DNA of 64,000 nucleotides from NCBI GenBank assembly GCA_021816775.1, contig JAKAXA010000002.1, positions 121,113 to 185,112 on the forward strand, written 5' to 3'. The position numbers and the translations under genes were made by a program. Shown here piece by piece: positions 35,996 to 44,294 of the stretch; the first letter of the stretch is position 1; each line of letters starts with the position of its first letter. The stretch is from Pseudomonadota bacterium (GTDB taxonomy: Bacteria > Pseudomonadota > Gammaproteobacteria > Steroidobacterales > Steroidobacteraceae). Under the pieces are notes generated by a model. The model made no database searches. It was not told where the DNA came from and was given only the letters and a program-made list of their open reading frames with translations.

Positions 35996-36465
35996 GAGAT
36001 ACGCTCCCGATGGCTTTGCCGAGGCTGCTCGCCCCTGCTGCGGCGTGCGGCCATTGCGCCGCCCACCCAGATTGCACCCGTCACTCGGATCCTAGTCCCG
36101 CCGGCAACGTCCCGCTTGCTTCACTTTGCCCCAAAATTGTCCCGACGTGCCATATCGCCCGATGCATGCCGCTGACAGGCCCGCTCGTCTCATTTCCCCA
36201 GGCACTGCCTCGGCTGGACGCCGCCCTCGCCTCGAACCGCTCAGGCCGCCTGGTCGCGGCGGCGGGAGGGGCCGATGAGCAGCCCGCATCCGACGCAGCT
36301 GTCCGATCATCGTCGCGCCGAGCGCCGCACGAGCGAAGCTCTCCGGCGCCTACCGGGGAGGCCGCTGAGGGGCAAATCGTATTGACGGCGCTGCGGGCGG
36401 AGCGGACGATATTGACGGGACGACGCCCGGACGAACGCAGCCTTGACTTTCGCGAGGTATCCAGC

Positions 36466-36672
36466 ATGAACGAACAAGCATTCAACCTGAGCGTGCGCAA
36501 GTTCCTCAAGACGTTCGGCCTCAACGGCCAGCACGAAATCGAACAGGCCGTGGCGAAGGCCCTCGCCAGGGGGAAGATTGCGGGCAACGAGTCGTTCCCC
36601 GTCACCGCGACCCTCAAGATCGCAGGCCTCGAACTGGACGTCGAGTTCAACGGGGAAATCGTCCTGGCATAG
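36466..36672 (+). CDS. Small conserved hypothetical protein (68 aa)
   Basis: Only the last 68 codons of ORF 36010..36672 look protein-like (MNEQAFNLSVRKFLKTFGLNGQHEIEQAVAKALARGKI...). GAGG lies 8 nt upstream of the ATG. Confidence 0.55.
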   Translation: MNEQAFNLSVRKFLKTFGLNGQHEIEQAVAKALARGKIAGNESFPVTATLKIAGLELDVEFNGEIVLA

Positions 36673-36716
36673 CGCTGCGTCCTCTGCCTCCCGATCGACC
36701 GGCTCACACGCTGCAA

Positions 36717-37260
36717 TCAGTCGGCTGCGCTGTCATCCTGAAGGGCGCGGACCGGTTCATCACGCGCGCGCATCGGTTCGGACAGTCGCGGCATCCTTGA
36801 TGTAACTTGGCCTACGAAGCCGCTGAGCAATCCGCAGTCGGCCTCCTCCGCGCCCACGCGCACCCCGATGAACCGATCCGGATCGGGAGTCTGCCGCCGC
36901 ATCGTCTCCGCCGACAGGGCCAGCACCGGCATTTCGTCGTCGCCGACAAATTCACGCCGATAAGGCTCTGCGACCGAGCACACCACGAACTCTCCCGGCC
37001 GCAGGCGCACCTCGCGGTTGCGCTGCGAGCACGACGCCTCCCCTTTTTGGTCCGAAACTTGATCAGGTACGCCGCTTCACTCAAGCGCCCGTTATCCTCG
37101 GGTCGCCGGCGCACAACGCAGGCTGCGCTCGCCACCTTGGCGAGGCGCACGCTACCGCGAACCGAGGCCTCGATCAGACCCTGGAATGGCTGCCATGACG
37201 GATAGCGCGGCAGCGCCTGCGGGGGACAGAAGAGCCGCTCGAGGGTCGCCTGGAAGAACC
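36717..37260 (-). pseudogene. AraC-family regulator remnant (N-terminal ligand-binding domain only, frameshifted, no HTH domain)
   Basis: Two minus-strand frames together resemble the N-terminal domain of AraC gene 31548..32519 (FQGLIEASVRGSVRLAKVAS...EAAYLIKF // RLRPGEFVVCSVAEPYRREF). There is a stop at 36717 with no DNA-binding domain downstream. Confidence 0.4.
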
Positions 37261-37430
37261 CGCAACGGTCGTGCGGCGATGGGGTATGACTCGTACGCGG
37301 CAGGAACCATCGGACCGAGATACATCGCACCGCCTTGCCACCGACTCGTCCGCCGCCTCGGACATGGTCGCCCCGGCGGTGCCGAACACCCCCTGCAGCG
37401 CGCCTTGGCGCGCCCCAGCCCGGCTCCCCC

Positions 37431-38732
37431 TCACAGCCCCCTCTTGTCCGACAGCCGCTTCGCCTTGCCCGACGAGCGCTCGATCGTGCCCGGGTGGTGC
37501 ACTTCGACGCAGACGCTGACGCCGATGTAGGACTTCACGTAATGCGCCAGCCGGGTGGCTGCATCGCATCGCGCGGCTTCACTGTCATGTTCGGCGCCAA
37601 GTGCTTCCACATGCACCGTCAGGGAATCGAGATGTCTCTCGCGCGTGAGCTCGAGCATATAGTGCGGCGCCAGTGCCTCGATACGCAGCACCAGTTCCTC
37701 AATCTGGGATGGGAACACATTGACCCCGCGAATGATCATCATGTCATCGCTGCGACCCGAGATCTTCGCCATCCGCCGCATTGAGCGCGCGGTCGGCGGC
37801 AGAAGCCGCGTCAGGTCCCGGGTGCGGTAGCGGATGACGGGGAGGGCCTCCTTGGTAAGCGAGGTGAGCACCAGCTCGCCTTCCTGCCCATCGGGCAGTA
37901 CCGCTCCGGTCTGAGGGTCGATGATTTCCGGATAAAAATGATCCTCCCAGATCACCGGTCCGTCCTTCGTCTCCACACACTCGCTTGCCACCCCCGGACC
38001 GAGGACCTCCGACAGGCCGTAGATGTCGAGGGCATCGAGCCCCAGGCGCGACTCCAGCTCCTTGCGCATGCCCTCCGTCCAGGGCTCGGCGCCGAAGATA
38101 CCGATGCTGAGCGAATTCTCGCGCGGGTCCAATCCCTGGCGGGCAAATTCCTCGGCGATATTGAGCGCATACGAGGGAGTCACCATGATGATGTCTGGAC
38201 GAAAATCACGGATCAGCTGCACCTGACGCTCCGTATTTCCGCCGGACATCGGGATGACTGAGCAACCGAGTCTTTCCGCCCCGTAATGCGCCCCCAGCCC
38301 TCCGGTGAACAATCCGTATCCGTAGGCGATGTGTACGAGGTGCCCCGGTCGCCCTCCGGCGGCGCAAATCGACCTGGCGACCAGACTCGCCCACATGTCG
38401 ATGTCGCGGGCGGTGTAGCCCACTACGGTAGGCTTGCCGGTGGTGCCGCTCGATGCGTGAATTCGCACCACCTGCTCGCGGGGCACCGCGAACAGTCCGA
38501 ACGGGTAGTTGGCACGAAAATCGTGCTTGGTGAGACAGGGGAATTTCGCCAGATCCTCGATCGTATGCAGATCGTCTGGATGCACCCCATTCGCCTCGAA
38601 GCTGCGACGGTAGTGCTCGACGTGCTCGTATGCGTGGCGAACCGACCAGCGCAGCCGTTGAAGCTGGACATGACGCAGTTCGTCGGTGCTCACTCGCTCC
38701 AGGGATTCTTCTGTCACACGCCCTCCGAGCAT
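37431..38732 (-). CDS. paaK: Phenylacetate-CoA ligase (PaaK/PadJ type)
   Basis: ORF trimmed to ATG 38732. Near-colinear with my recollection of E. coli PaaK: DELRHVQLQRLRW, VRIHASSGTTGKPTVVGYT, YGLFTGGLGAHYGAERLG, VIRYRTRDLTRLLP, ISGRSDDMMIIRGVNVFPSQIEE. Confidence 0.9.
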   Translation of the reverse strand: MLGGRVTEESLERVSTDELRHVQLQRLRWSVRHAYEHVEHYRRSFEANGVHPDDLHTIEDLAKFPCLTKHDFRANYPFGLFAVPREQVVRIHASSGTTGKPTVVGYTARDIDMWASLVARSICAAGGRPGHLVHIAYGYGLFTGGLGAHYGAERLGCSVIPMSGGNTERQVQLIRDFRPDIIMVTPSYALNIAEEFARQGLDPRENSLSIGIFGAEPWTEGMRKELESRLGLDALDIYGLSEVLGPGVASECVETKDGPVIWEDHFYPEIIDPQTGAVLPDGQEGELVLTSLTKEALPVIRYRTRDLTRLLPPTARSMRRMAKISGRSDDMMIIRGVNVFPSQIEELVLRIEALAPHYMLELTRERHLDSLTVHVEALGAEHDSEAARCDAATRLAHYVKSYIGVSVCVEVHHPGTIERSSGKAKRLSDKRGL

Positions 38733-38779
38733 CGGAATGACTCTCTCACAGCCGTCACCGGAATCGGCAACTGACATCG

Positions 38780-38881
38780 ATACGCGCGGGCGTTGCCGCT
38801 GACCGTGAAGTCAAATGCCGCAATGTAGGCCGGCACCCGCCGATGGTACCAGTCCTGCAGGCAGTCATCGAGAACACCGCC
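38780..38881 (-). pseudogene. Short TonB-dependent-receptor gene fragment
   Basis: Minus-frame peptide GGVLDDCLQDWYHRRVPAYIAAFDFTVSGNARAY parallels GYLEDWYHPQVPTNIDGFGFTVNGGNARIKG of TBDR 26102..28609. There is no surrounding barrel sequence. Confidence 0.35.
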
Positions 38882-39008
38882 ATGACAGCGGTTGGCTGCC
38901 GCAAGCGCTGGCCCTGGGGGATCAGGATCCGCAACACGCACCCTCCGACGGAGGCGAGTACCACGACCGCCGCCACTGCGAGGGACCCGCAAGCAAGTCG
39001 GCGCGGCA

Positions 39009-40414
39009 TCAATCGCCCGCATTGAGCACCATGATCGTGGCGGAGGTCTGCAGGCCTTCCTCCCCGATCTGCAGGTCGATACCGGAGCAGGTGATGGCGC
39101 CGAACAGCAGGTTGGGCGCGAGGCCGGCGTGATGGTTGACGCACACCGTGCCGCCTGCAGCCGCCGGATGACCGATTGCGCGTATTGGCGGTCGGTACCC
39201 CATACGGAAGCGGCGAGCCCATAGCGACTGGCGTTCTCCGGGAGAACCGCCTCGTCGGCTTCGCGGCAGCGCACGATGAGCGGACTCTGACCACACTGCA
39301 TCGCCTCCATCGGCCGGACTCCATCGCTCACGGCATCGACCAGGGTGATGGAATTGAGGTATCCGCGGCCCTTCGAGCGCTCGCCGCCCTGCCGTTTGCC
39401 ATCCTCGACCCGCTCGCTCACCGTCTCGTGCTGAGGCTCGTTCGGCGAAAGCCCGGGCCGGGCCTCCGGCGGCATGCCAGCACCCATCGGCACCGCCCGG
39501 GCATGCTCGTCCAATCCCGCGCCAAGCCGCTCACGCACGCACTCATGCCCAGACAGGCGCCGCAATGCGGCCCAGCTCCGTGCCGAGTTGATGCAAGCGT
39601 GCCGGGCCGCTCGCTCGACGGTCTTTCCGACATCGGCATCCACCAACGCAATGCCGGGATCGATCCCCCGAAACCCCAAAGTGAGCTGTTTCAAAGTGGG
39701 CACAGCGCTCGCCATCACGTTGCGTCCAGCAGCGGCCGACCCGGTGGAAGCCAGCTCGCCGCGGCGGAGATGGCTGCTAAGCTGCATCCCGAGCGCATCG
39801 TCACCCGCCACGGCGTTCAAGACGCACGGGGGCAACGCGTCCTGCGACAGCTCAACCGTGGGCAACGGGCCGGGCATAGTGAGCGGAGAAGACTTCATGA
39901 CCACCGTATTGCCGATGCACAGCACCGGCACGATGTACCGGACGGTAATCGGCAACGGCCATTTCCTCGGGATGATCGAGCCCACGACACCGATCGGCTC
40001 CCGGTACAGCTCGATGCGCCCATCGGGAGAGGCATCGAGGACCTTGGCCGGCACATCGAGCGGCGCGCTGCAGAGCGCCCAGGCGGTGCACGCTGCCAGC
40101 TTGAATTCCCATCCCAACCCCGTCAGCGGCTTGCCCTCCTGCCGGCTCAGGAATTCGGCAGGCTCGCGTGCATCCTCGGTCAGAATGCGGGCAATCCCCC
40201 CGCAAGGCGCGCGGCGCGCGGCGCGACAGCGGGCCGCCGAGGGGCGCCGAGTCGCAGCGGCGGCGCCGAAGACGCTCTCCAGGTGCGATGCAGTACGCGC
40301 GCGACGGCCCCCGACCAGGGGTCCGCCGGCGGGATTGAGGATGTCGCGGCGCACAGGTGCTGCAATCTTCCGGCGACCGATCGTAATTGTGTGCGGCCGT
40401 GCCGTGGCGCCCAT
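39009..40414 (-). pseudogene. Aldehyde dehydrogenase pseudogene (catalytic motifs destroyed, frameshift near 39155)
   Basis: Colinear with ALDH 34583..35995, but PWNWP is replaced by PRKWPLP, ELGGN by LGFRGID, and GQTCAA by ARSWAA. The C-terminal part (GGTVCVNHHAGLAPNLLFGAITCSGIDLQIGEEGLQTSATIMVLNA) continues in another frame (ORF 39009..39296). Confidence 0.7.
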
Positions 40415-40826
40415 GGTCACACCGGTGCAGTTTCCGTGGCACGGGAATGTCGCCTCGGCGCTGGTGCGCATCTTGGAAGCTCCCGCAAGGGCCTGGTACA
40501 GGAGTGCACGAAAGGCCATGTGCTGATTTGCCGCGCCGCGGGCCGAAAGTATGACAATTGTCGTCTTTTCGTTGGACGCCGTTTATCCAAGTAGCCTTCT
40601 TGTGGCATCTCGCTTTCCGATCCGCTCAACGGACTTTCCAAGGCCCTGTCGCAACGAGAGACGTAAACCGCGCTGGCACAGCAGAAGCTCGCAAGCCGCG
40701 CAGATCCACGCGGAAACGTTCGTGCCGCTGCCCAATAGCACATGAACCGCCCGCAAACGGTATCGCGTCTCACTTCGAACCGGCCCCCCGCAACAGCACC
40801 CAGAATCGCTTGCATCAGTCTATTCT

Positions 40827-40840
40827 GGTATTATAATACC
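40827..40840. promoter_or_regulatory. Operator-like perfect palindrome GGTATTATAATACC
   Basis: Read directly from the sequence. About 85 nt upstream of ATG 40926, in the divergent region between the ALDH-pseudogene/paaK unit and the 2-oxoacid oxidoreductase operon. Contains TATAAT on both strands. Confidence 0.6.
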
Positions 40841-40925
40841 ACAATGCGTTGATTGTGCGGCGCGGCGTCTGCCTCGGGCATGCAGGCCGGCCGGCGCGCA
40901 AAGCGCAAGCCCAAGGGCAGCAACG

Positions 40926-41498
40926 ATGTACGAAATCCGATTTCACGGCCGCGGTGGACAGGGCACAGTTCTCGCGGCCACGATCCTTGCCGCCGCAATC
41001 ATCGACGAGGGCAAATTTTCGGTCGCCATCCCCTCCTTCGGCTTCGAGCGGCGCGGCGCGCCGGTGGCGGCCTACCTGCGCATCGACACGCGCGAGATCC
41101 GCCGCATGACGAATATCTATCACCCCGACTGCATCGTCTGCATCGATCCGACCGTGTCCCGGACCGTCGACATTTTCGGGGGTCTCAGCTCCGCGGCCAC
41201 TCTGGTGCAGACCACGGACAAACCGATCGGTGCGCTCGATCTGCCTGCAGCCGTGACCACCGTCGGTCTATGCAATGCGGTTGCGATCGCCCTGAAGCTC
41301 TTCGGACGTGCGATCACGAACACAATCATGCTCGGCGCATTCGCGCGCACCACGGGACAGGTGTCGCTCGAGGCCCTCGAACGGGCGCTGCTCGGGTCGG
41401 AGTTCCGTGACGCCGGCCTCGAGCAGAACATGCGCGCACTGCGATGCGGCTACGAGGAAACCGCCGTCCATCACGTGCAGCGCAAGGCCGCCGCGTGA
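40926..41498 (+). CDS. 2-oxoacid:acceptor oxidoreductase gamma subunit (PadEFGHI-type phenylglyoxylate oxidoreductase)
   Basis: MYEIRFHGRGGQGTVLAATILAAA is a gamma-subunit signature. 190 aa. Confidence 0.85.
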   Translation: MYEIRFHGRGGQGTVLAATILAAAIIDEGKFSVAIPSFGFERRGAPVAAYLRIDTREIRRMTNIYHPDCIVCIDPTVSRTVDIFGGLSSAATLVQTTDKPIGALDLPAAVTTVGLCNAVAIALKLFGRAITNTIMLGAFARTTGQVSLEALERALLGSEFRDAGLEQNMRALRCGYEETAVHHVQRKAAA

Positions 41499-41785
41499 TC
41501 CGCCAGTCGCGCCCGTTTTTCGATGAGCGGCAGATCCCGGACGATCTGTGCCCGATCGCAACGCGGCCGAACCCGATGCTGCCGGGCGATTGGCGCAACC
41601 TACGGCCGGTCGTCGACCGCGCCAAGTGCGTCAAGTGCGCCGTTTGCTGGCTCTATTGTCCTGTGCAATGCGTCGTGGAAAAGCCGGCGTGGTTCGACAT
41701 TGACCTTGCGGCCTGCAAGGGCTGCGGCATCTGCGCCCACGAGTGCCCGCACCACGCGATCAGGATGGTCGAGGAGGGAGGCTGA
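41495..41785 (+). CDS. 2-oxoacid oxidoreductase delta (2x[4Fe-4S] ferredoxin) subunit
   Basis: GTG 41495 overlaps the gamma stop (GTGA). CVKCAVCWLYCP and CKGCGICAHECP. 96 aa. Confidence 0.75.
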   Translation: MIRQSRPFFDERQIPDDLCPIATRPNPMLPGDWRNLRPVVDRAKCVKCAVCWLYCPVQCVVEKPAWFDIDLAACKGCGICAHECPHHAIRMVEEGG

Positions 41786-43011
41786 TGGCCGCGGTCGCAC
41801 CCCTACCCAGCGGCCGAGTGCTCGCTTGCGACGGCAACGAGGCCGCGGCGCTGGCGGTCGCGCTGGCGCGCGTCGACATGGTGGCGGTGTATCCGATCAC
41901 ACCGCAGTCCTCGCTGGTAGAGTACCTGGCGAAATTCATTGCCGACGGTCGACTGCAGGCCGAGCTGGTGGACGCCGAGGGCGAGCACAGCGTGTTGTCG
42001 GTCCTGCAGGGCGCGGCGCTCGCCGGCGCGCGCACCTTTACCGCCACCTCGGGCCCGGGGCTCGCCTTCATGTTCGAGCCGTACCTGCGCACGCCCGGCA
42101 TGCGCCTGCCCATTGTGATGTCGATCGTCACACGCGACACGCTGACGCCACAGTGCGTTTGGGGCGGACATCAGGATGCGATGTCGGTGCGCGAAGCAGG
42201 CTGGGTGCAGATGTACTGCGAGACTGTGCAGGAAGTACTCGATACGACGATCATCGCCTATCGCGTCGCCGAGCAGCGCGACGTCATGCTGCCGGTCAAC
42301 GTCTGCCACGACGGCAACTATCTCTCCTACGGCACCGCACGCATCGAGCTGCCGGAACAGGACGCGGTGGATACGTTCCTCGGCGCGCCTGATGTGAACT
42401 GGCACGCAGCGCTCGACCCGGACCGGCCGATGGCGGTCGACCCACTGACCGGCGGTCCGGCCGGCGCAGGACCCGCAACGTTCGTCCGCTACCGGCGCGG
42501 TCAATGTGCCGGGATGCATCGTGCGCTCGATGCGATCCGCGACGCGCACAGGGAGTGGGCACGACTCACCGGGCGCAATCATGCGCCACTGATCGAGCGC
42601 TATCGGATGGAAGATGCGGAATGTGCGATCGTGACGCTCGGATCGATGACGGGCGCGGCCAAGGATGCCGTTGATGAGGCTCGAGCGGCGGGCCGACGCG
42701 TCGGCCTCGTCAAAGTGAAGACCTTCCGCCCCTTCCCGGCTACCGATGTCGCCGACGCGCTGTGCAAGCTTCGCTCCTTCGGCGTCGTCGATCGCTCCGT
42801 TGACTTTGCGTGGAACTGCGGACCCCTGTACCGAGAAGTCGTGACCGCATTGCAGGGGGGCACGCGTACCGCGACGTCCCAGTCGTTCATCGGAGGGCTC
42901 GCAGGCGCCGACCTCACGGTCGAGCATTTCCAGCGCGTCATCGAGACCGTCGGGCAAATGCGAGAGGTCGCAGGCCCGAGAGACACCGTATGGCTGGACG
43001 CACAGGAGTGA
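41785..43011 (+). CDS. 2-oxoacid oxidoreductase alpha subunit
   Basis: ATG overlaps the delta stop by 1 nt, with GGAGGGAGG upstream. GNEAAALAVALARVDMVAVYPITPQSS. Confidence 0.85.
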   Translation: MAAVAPLPSGRVLACDGNEAAALAVALARVDMVAVYPITPQSSLVEYLAKFIADGRLQAELVDAEGEHSVLSVLQGAALAGARTFTATSGPGLAFMFEPYLRTPGMRLPIVMSIVTRDTLTPQCVWGGHQDAMSVREAGWVQMYCETVQEVLDTTIIAYRVAEQRDVMLPVNVCHDGNYLSYGTARIELPEQDAVDTFLGAPDVNWHAALDPDRPMAVDPLTGGPAGAGPATFVRYRRGQCAGMHRALDAIRDAHREWARLTGRNHAPLIERYRMEDAECAIVTLGSMTGAAKDAVDEARAAGRRVGLVKVKTFRPFPATDVADALCKLRSFGVVDRSVDFAWNCGPLYREVVTALQGGTRTATSQSFIGGLAGADLTVEHFQRVIETVGQMREVAGPRDTVWLDAQE

Positions 43012-43030
43012 CGCCGCCGAGGTTACCGCG

Positions 43031-44284
43031 ATGGAACAAACTCACTATCTGATTGCGGGCGCAAGCCATGCGGCACTTGCGGCCATGCACGCGATCCGGC
43101 TCGTCGACGCCGATGGCTCGCTGACCGTGATCGGACGGGATCGGGAACTGCCGTACTCTCCGACGCTGCTGCCCTACGTGGTTTCAGGACGCACAGACCC
43201 ACAACGCGCGTTCCTGCGCGACCACGAGTACTTCACACGCGCGCGTGCCGCCTACCGCTGCGGACATGCGCTCGTGCGGATTGACCCGGCCAATCGGGTC
43301 GCAGAGCTCGACGACGGCAGCCGGCTGCGTTTCGACAAGCTCCTGCTCGCGACCGGCGCACGGCCGGTGATACCGCCGATTCCGGGGCTCGATGCCGTAC
43401 CGTACCACGTGCTGCGCACCCTCGAAGACGCTCTGAGGCTGCGCGCCCAGCTCCCGCAGACCCGCCGAGCCATCGTGCTCGGCGCCGGGCTGGTCGGCAT
43501 GCATGCGGCGGAAAATCTCTCCAAGGGGGGCGCACGCGTCACGATCGTCGAGCAACAGCAACAGGTTCTGCCCGGTTACTTCGACGCCCAAGCCGCTCGG
43601 ATCATCGCCCGTGCTTTCGAGCGCGCCGACGTGACGATCCGCACCGGCGCCCGGGCCTTGGCAATCGAGGCCGCAGCGGGAGGTGTCACGCTCAGGCTCG
43701 CTGACGGCTCGGCAGTATCGGGCGATCTGCTGTTGATCAGCGCCGGTGTCACCCCGGTGATCGACTTCCTCGCCGACACGCCGATCCAGTGCGATCGCGG
43801 CGTCGTGGTCGATGCGACCATGCAGACCAGTGTCGAGCGCATCTGGGCGGCCGGCGACGTCGCCCAGGCGGCGAGCTTTTACGGCGCACACCCCGTTCTG
43901 AATGGCATTCTGCCGAATGCGGTCGAACAGGGGCGCATTGCCGGCATGGCCATGGCCGGCGACCGCGCCCTCGAAGGCTTCCGCGGGGCCGTGCCGCTCA
44001 ACACCTACAGCTACTACGGACAGCATGCGGTATCAGTCGGAAGCGGCGCGGCTCCACCCGGGGCCGAGGTCGTGGAATCCAGCGATGCCGAGTCGGCGCG
44101 CTACCTCAAGATCATTCTCGACGAAGGAAGGCTGCACGGCATCTTCGCGATCAACACGCCCATCGATCCGGGCGTCATGTGGCAGATGGTTCGGCGCCGC
44201 CTCGACCTGAGCGCGGTCCGCGATCGTTTTCTCGCCCAGCCGCGCACGATGGGTCGACTGTTGATGTCGAGCCTGTTGCGCTGA
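43031..44284 (+). CDS. FAD/NAD(P)-binding pyridine-nucleotide-disulfide-type oxidoreductase subunit (PadE-like)
   Basis: Two dinucleotide folds (YLIAGASHAALAA; AIVLGAGLVGMHAAE). Inserted between the alpha and beta subunit genes, as in five-subunit phenylglyoxylate:NAD+ oxidoreductase. Confidence 0.75.
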   Translation: MEQTHYLIAGASHAALAAMHAIRLVDADGSLTVIGRDRELPYSPTLLPYVVSGRTDPQRAFLRDHEYFTRARAAYRCGHALVRIDPANRVAELDDGSRLRFDKLLLATGARPVIPPIPGLDAVPYHVLRTLEDALRLRAQLPQTRRAIVLGAGLVGMHAAENLSKGGARVTIVEQQQQVLPGYFDAQAARIIARAFERADVTIRTGARALAIEAAAGGVTLRLADGSAVSGDLLLISAGVTPVIDFLADTPIQCDRGVVVDATMQTSVERIWAAGDVAQAASFYGAHPVLNGILPNAVEQGRIAGMAMAGDRALEGFRGAVPLNTYSYYGQHAVSVGSGAAPPGAEVVESSDAESARYLKIILDEGRLHGIFAINTPIDPGVMWQMVRRRLDLSAVRDRFLAQPRTMGRLLMSSLLR

Positions 44285-44294
44285 GGTGCATGCG

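Noticed and set aside
36010-36465. The N-terminal 150 codons of ORF 36010..36672, and the antisense ORF 36081..36716.
   Set aside because: Both have low-complexity Ala/Arg/Pro/Ser composition. Only the last 68 codons, which have their own SD and ATG, resemble a real small protein.
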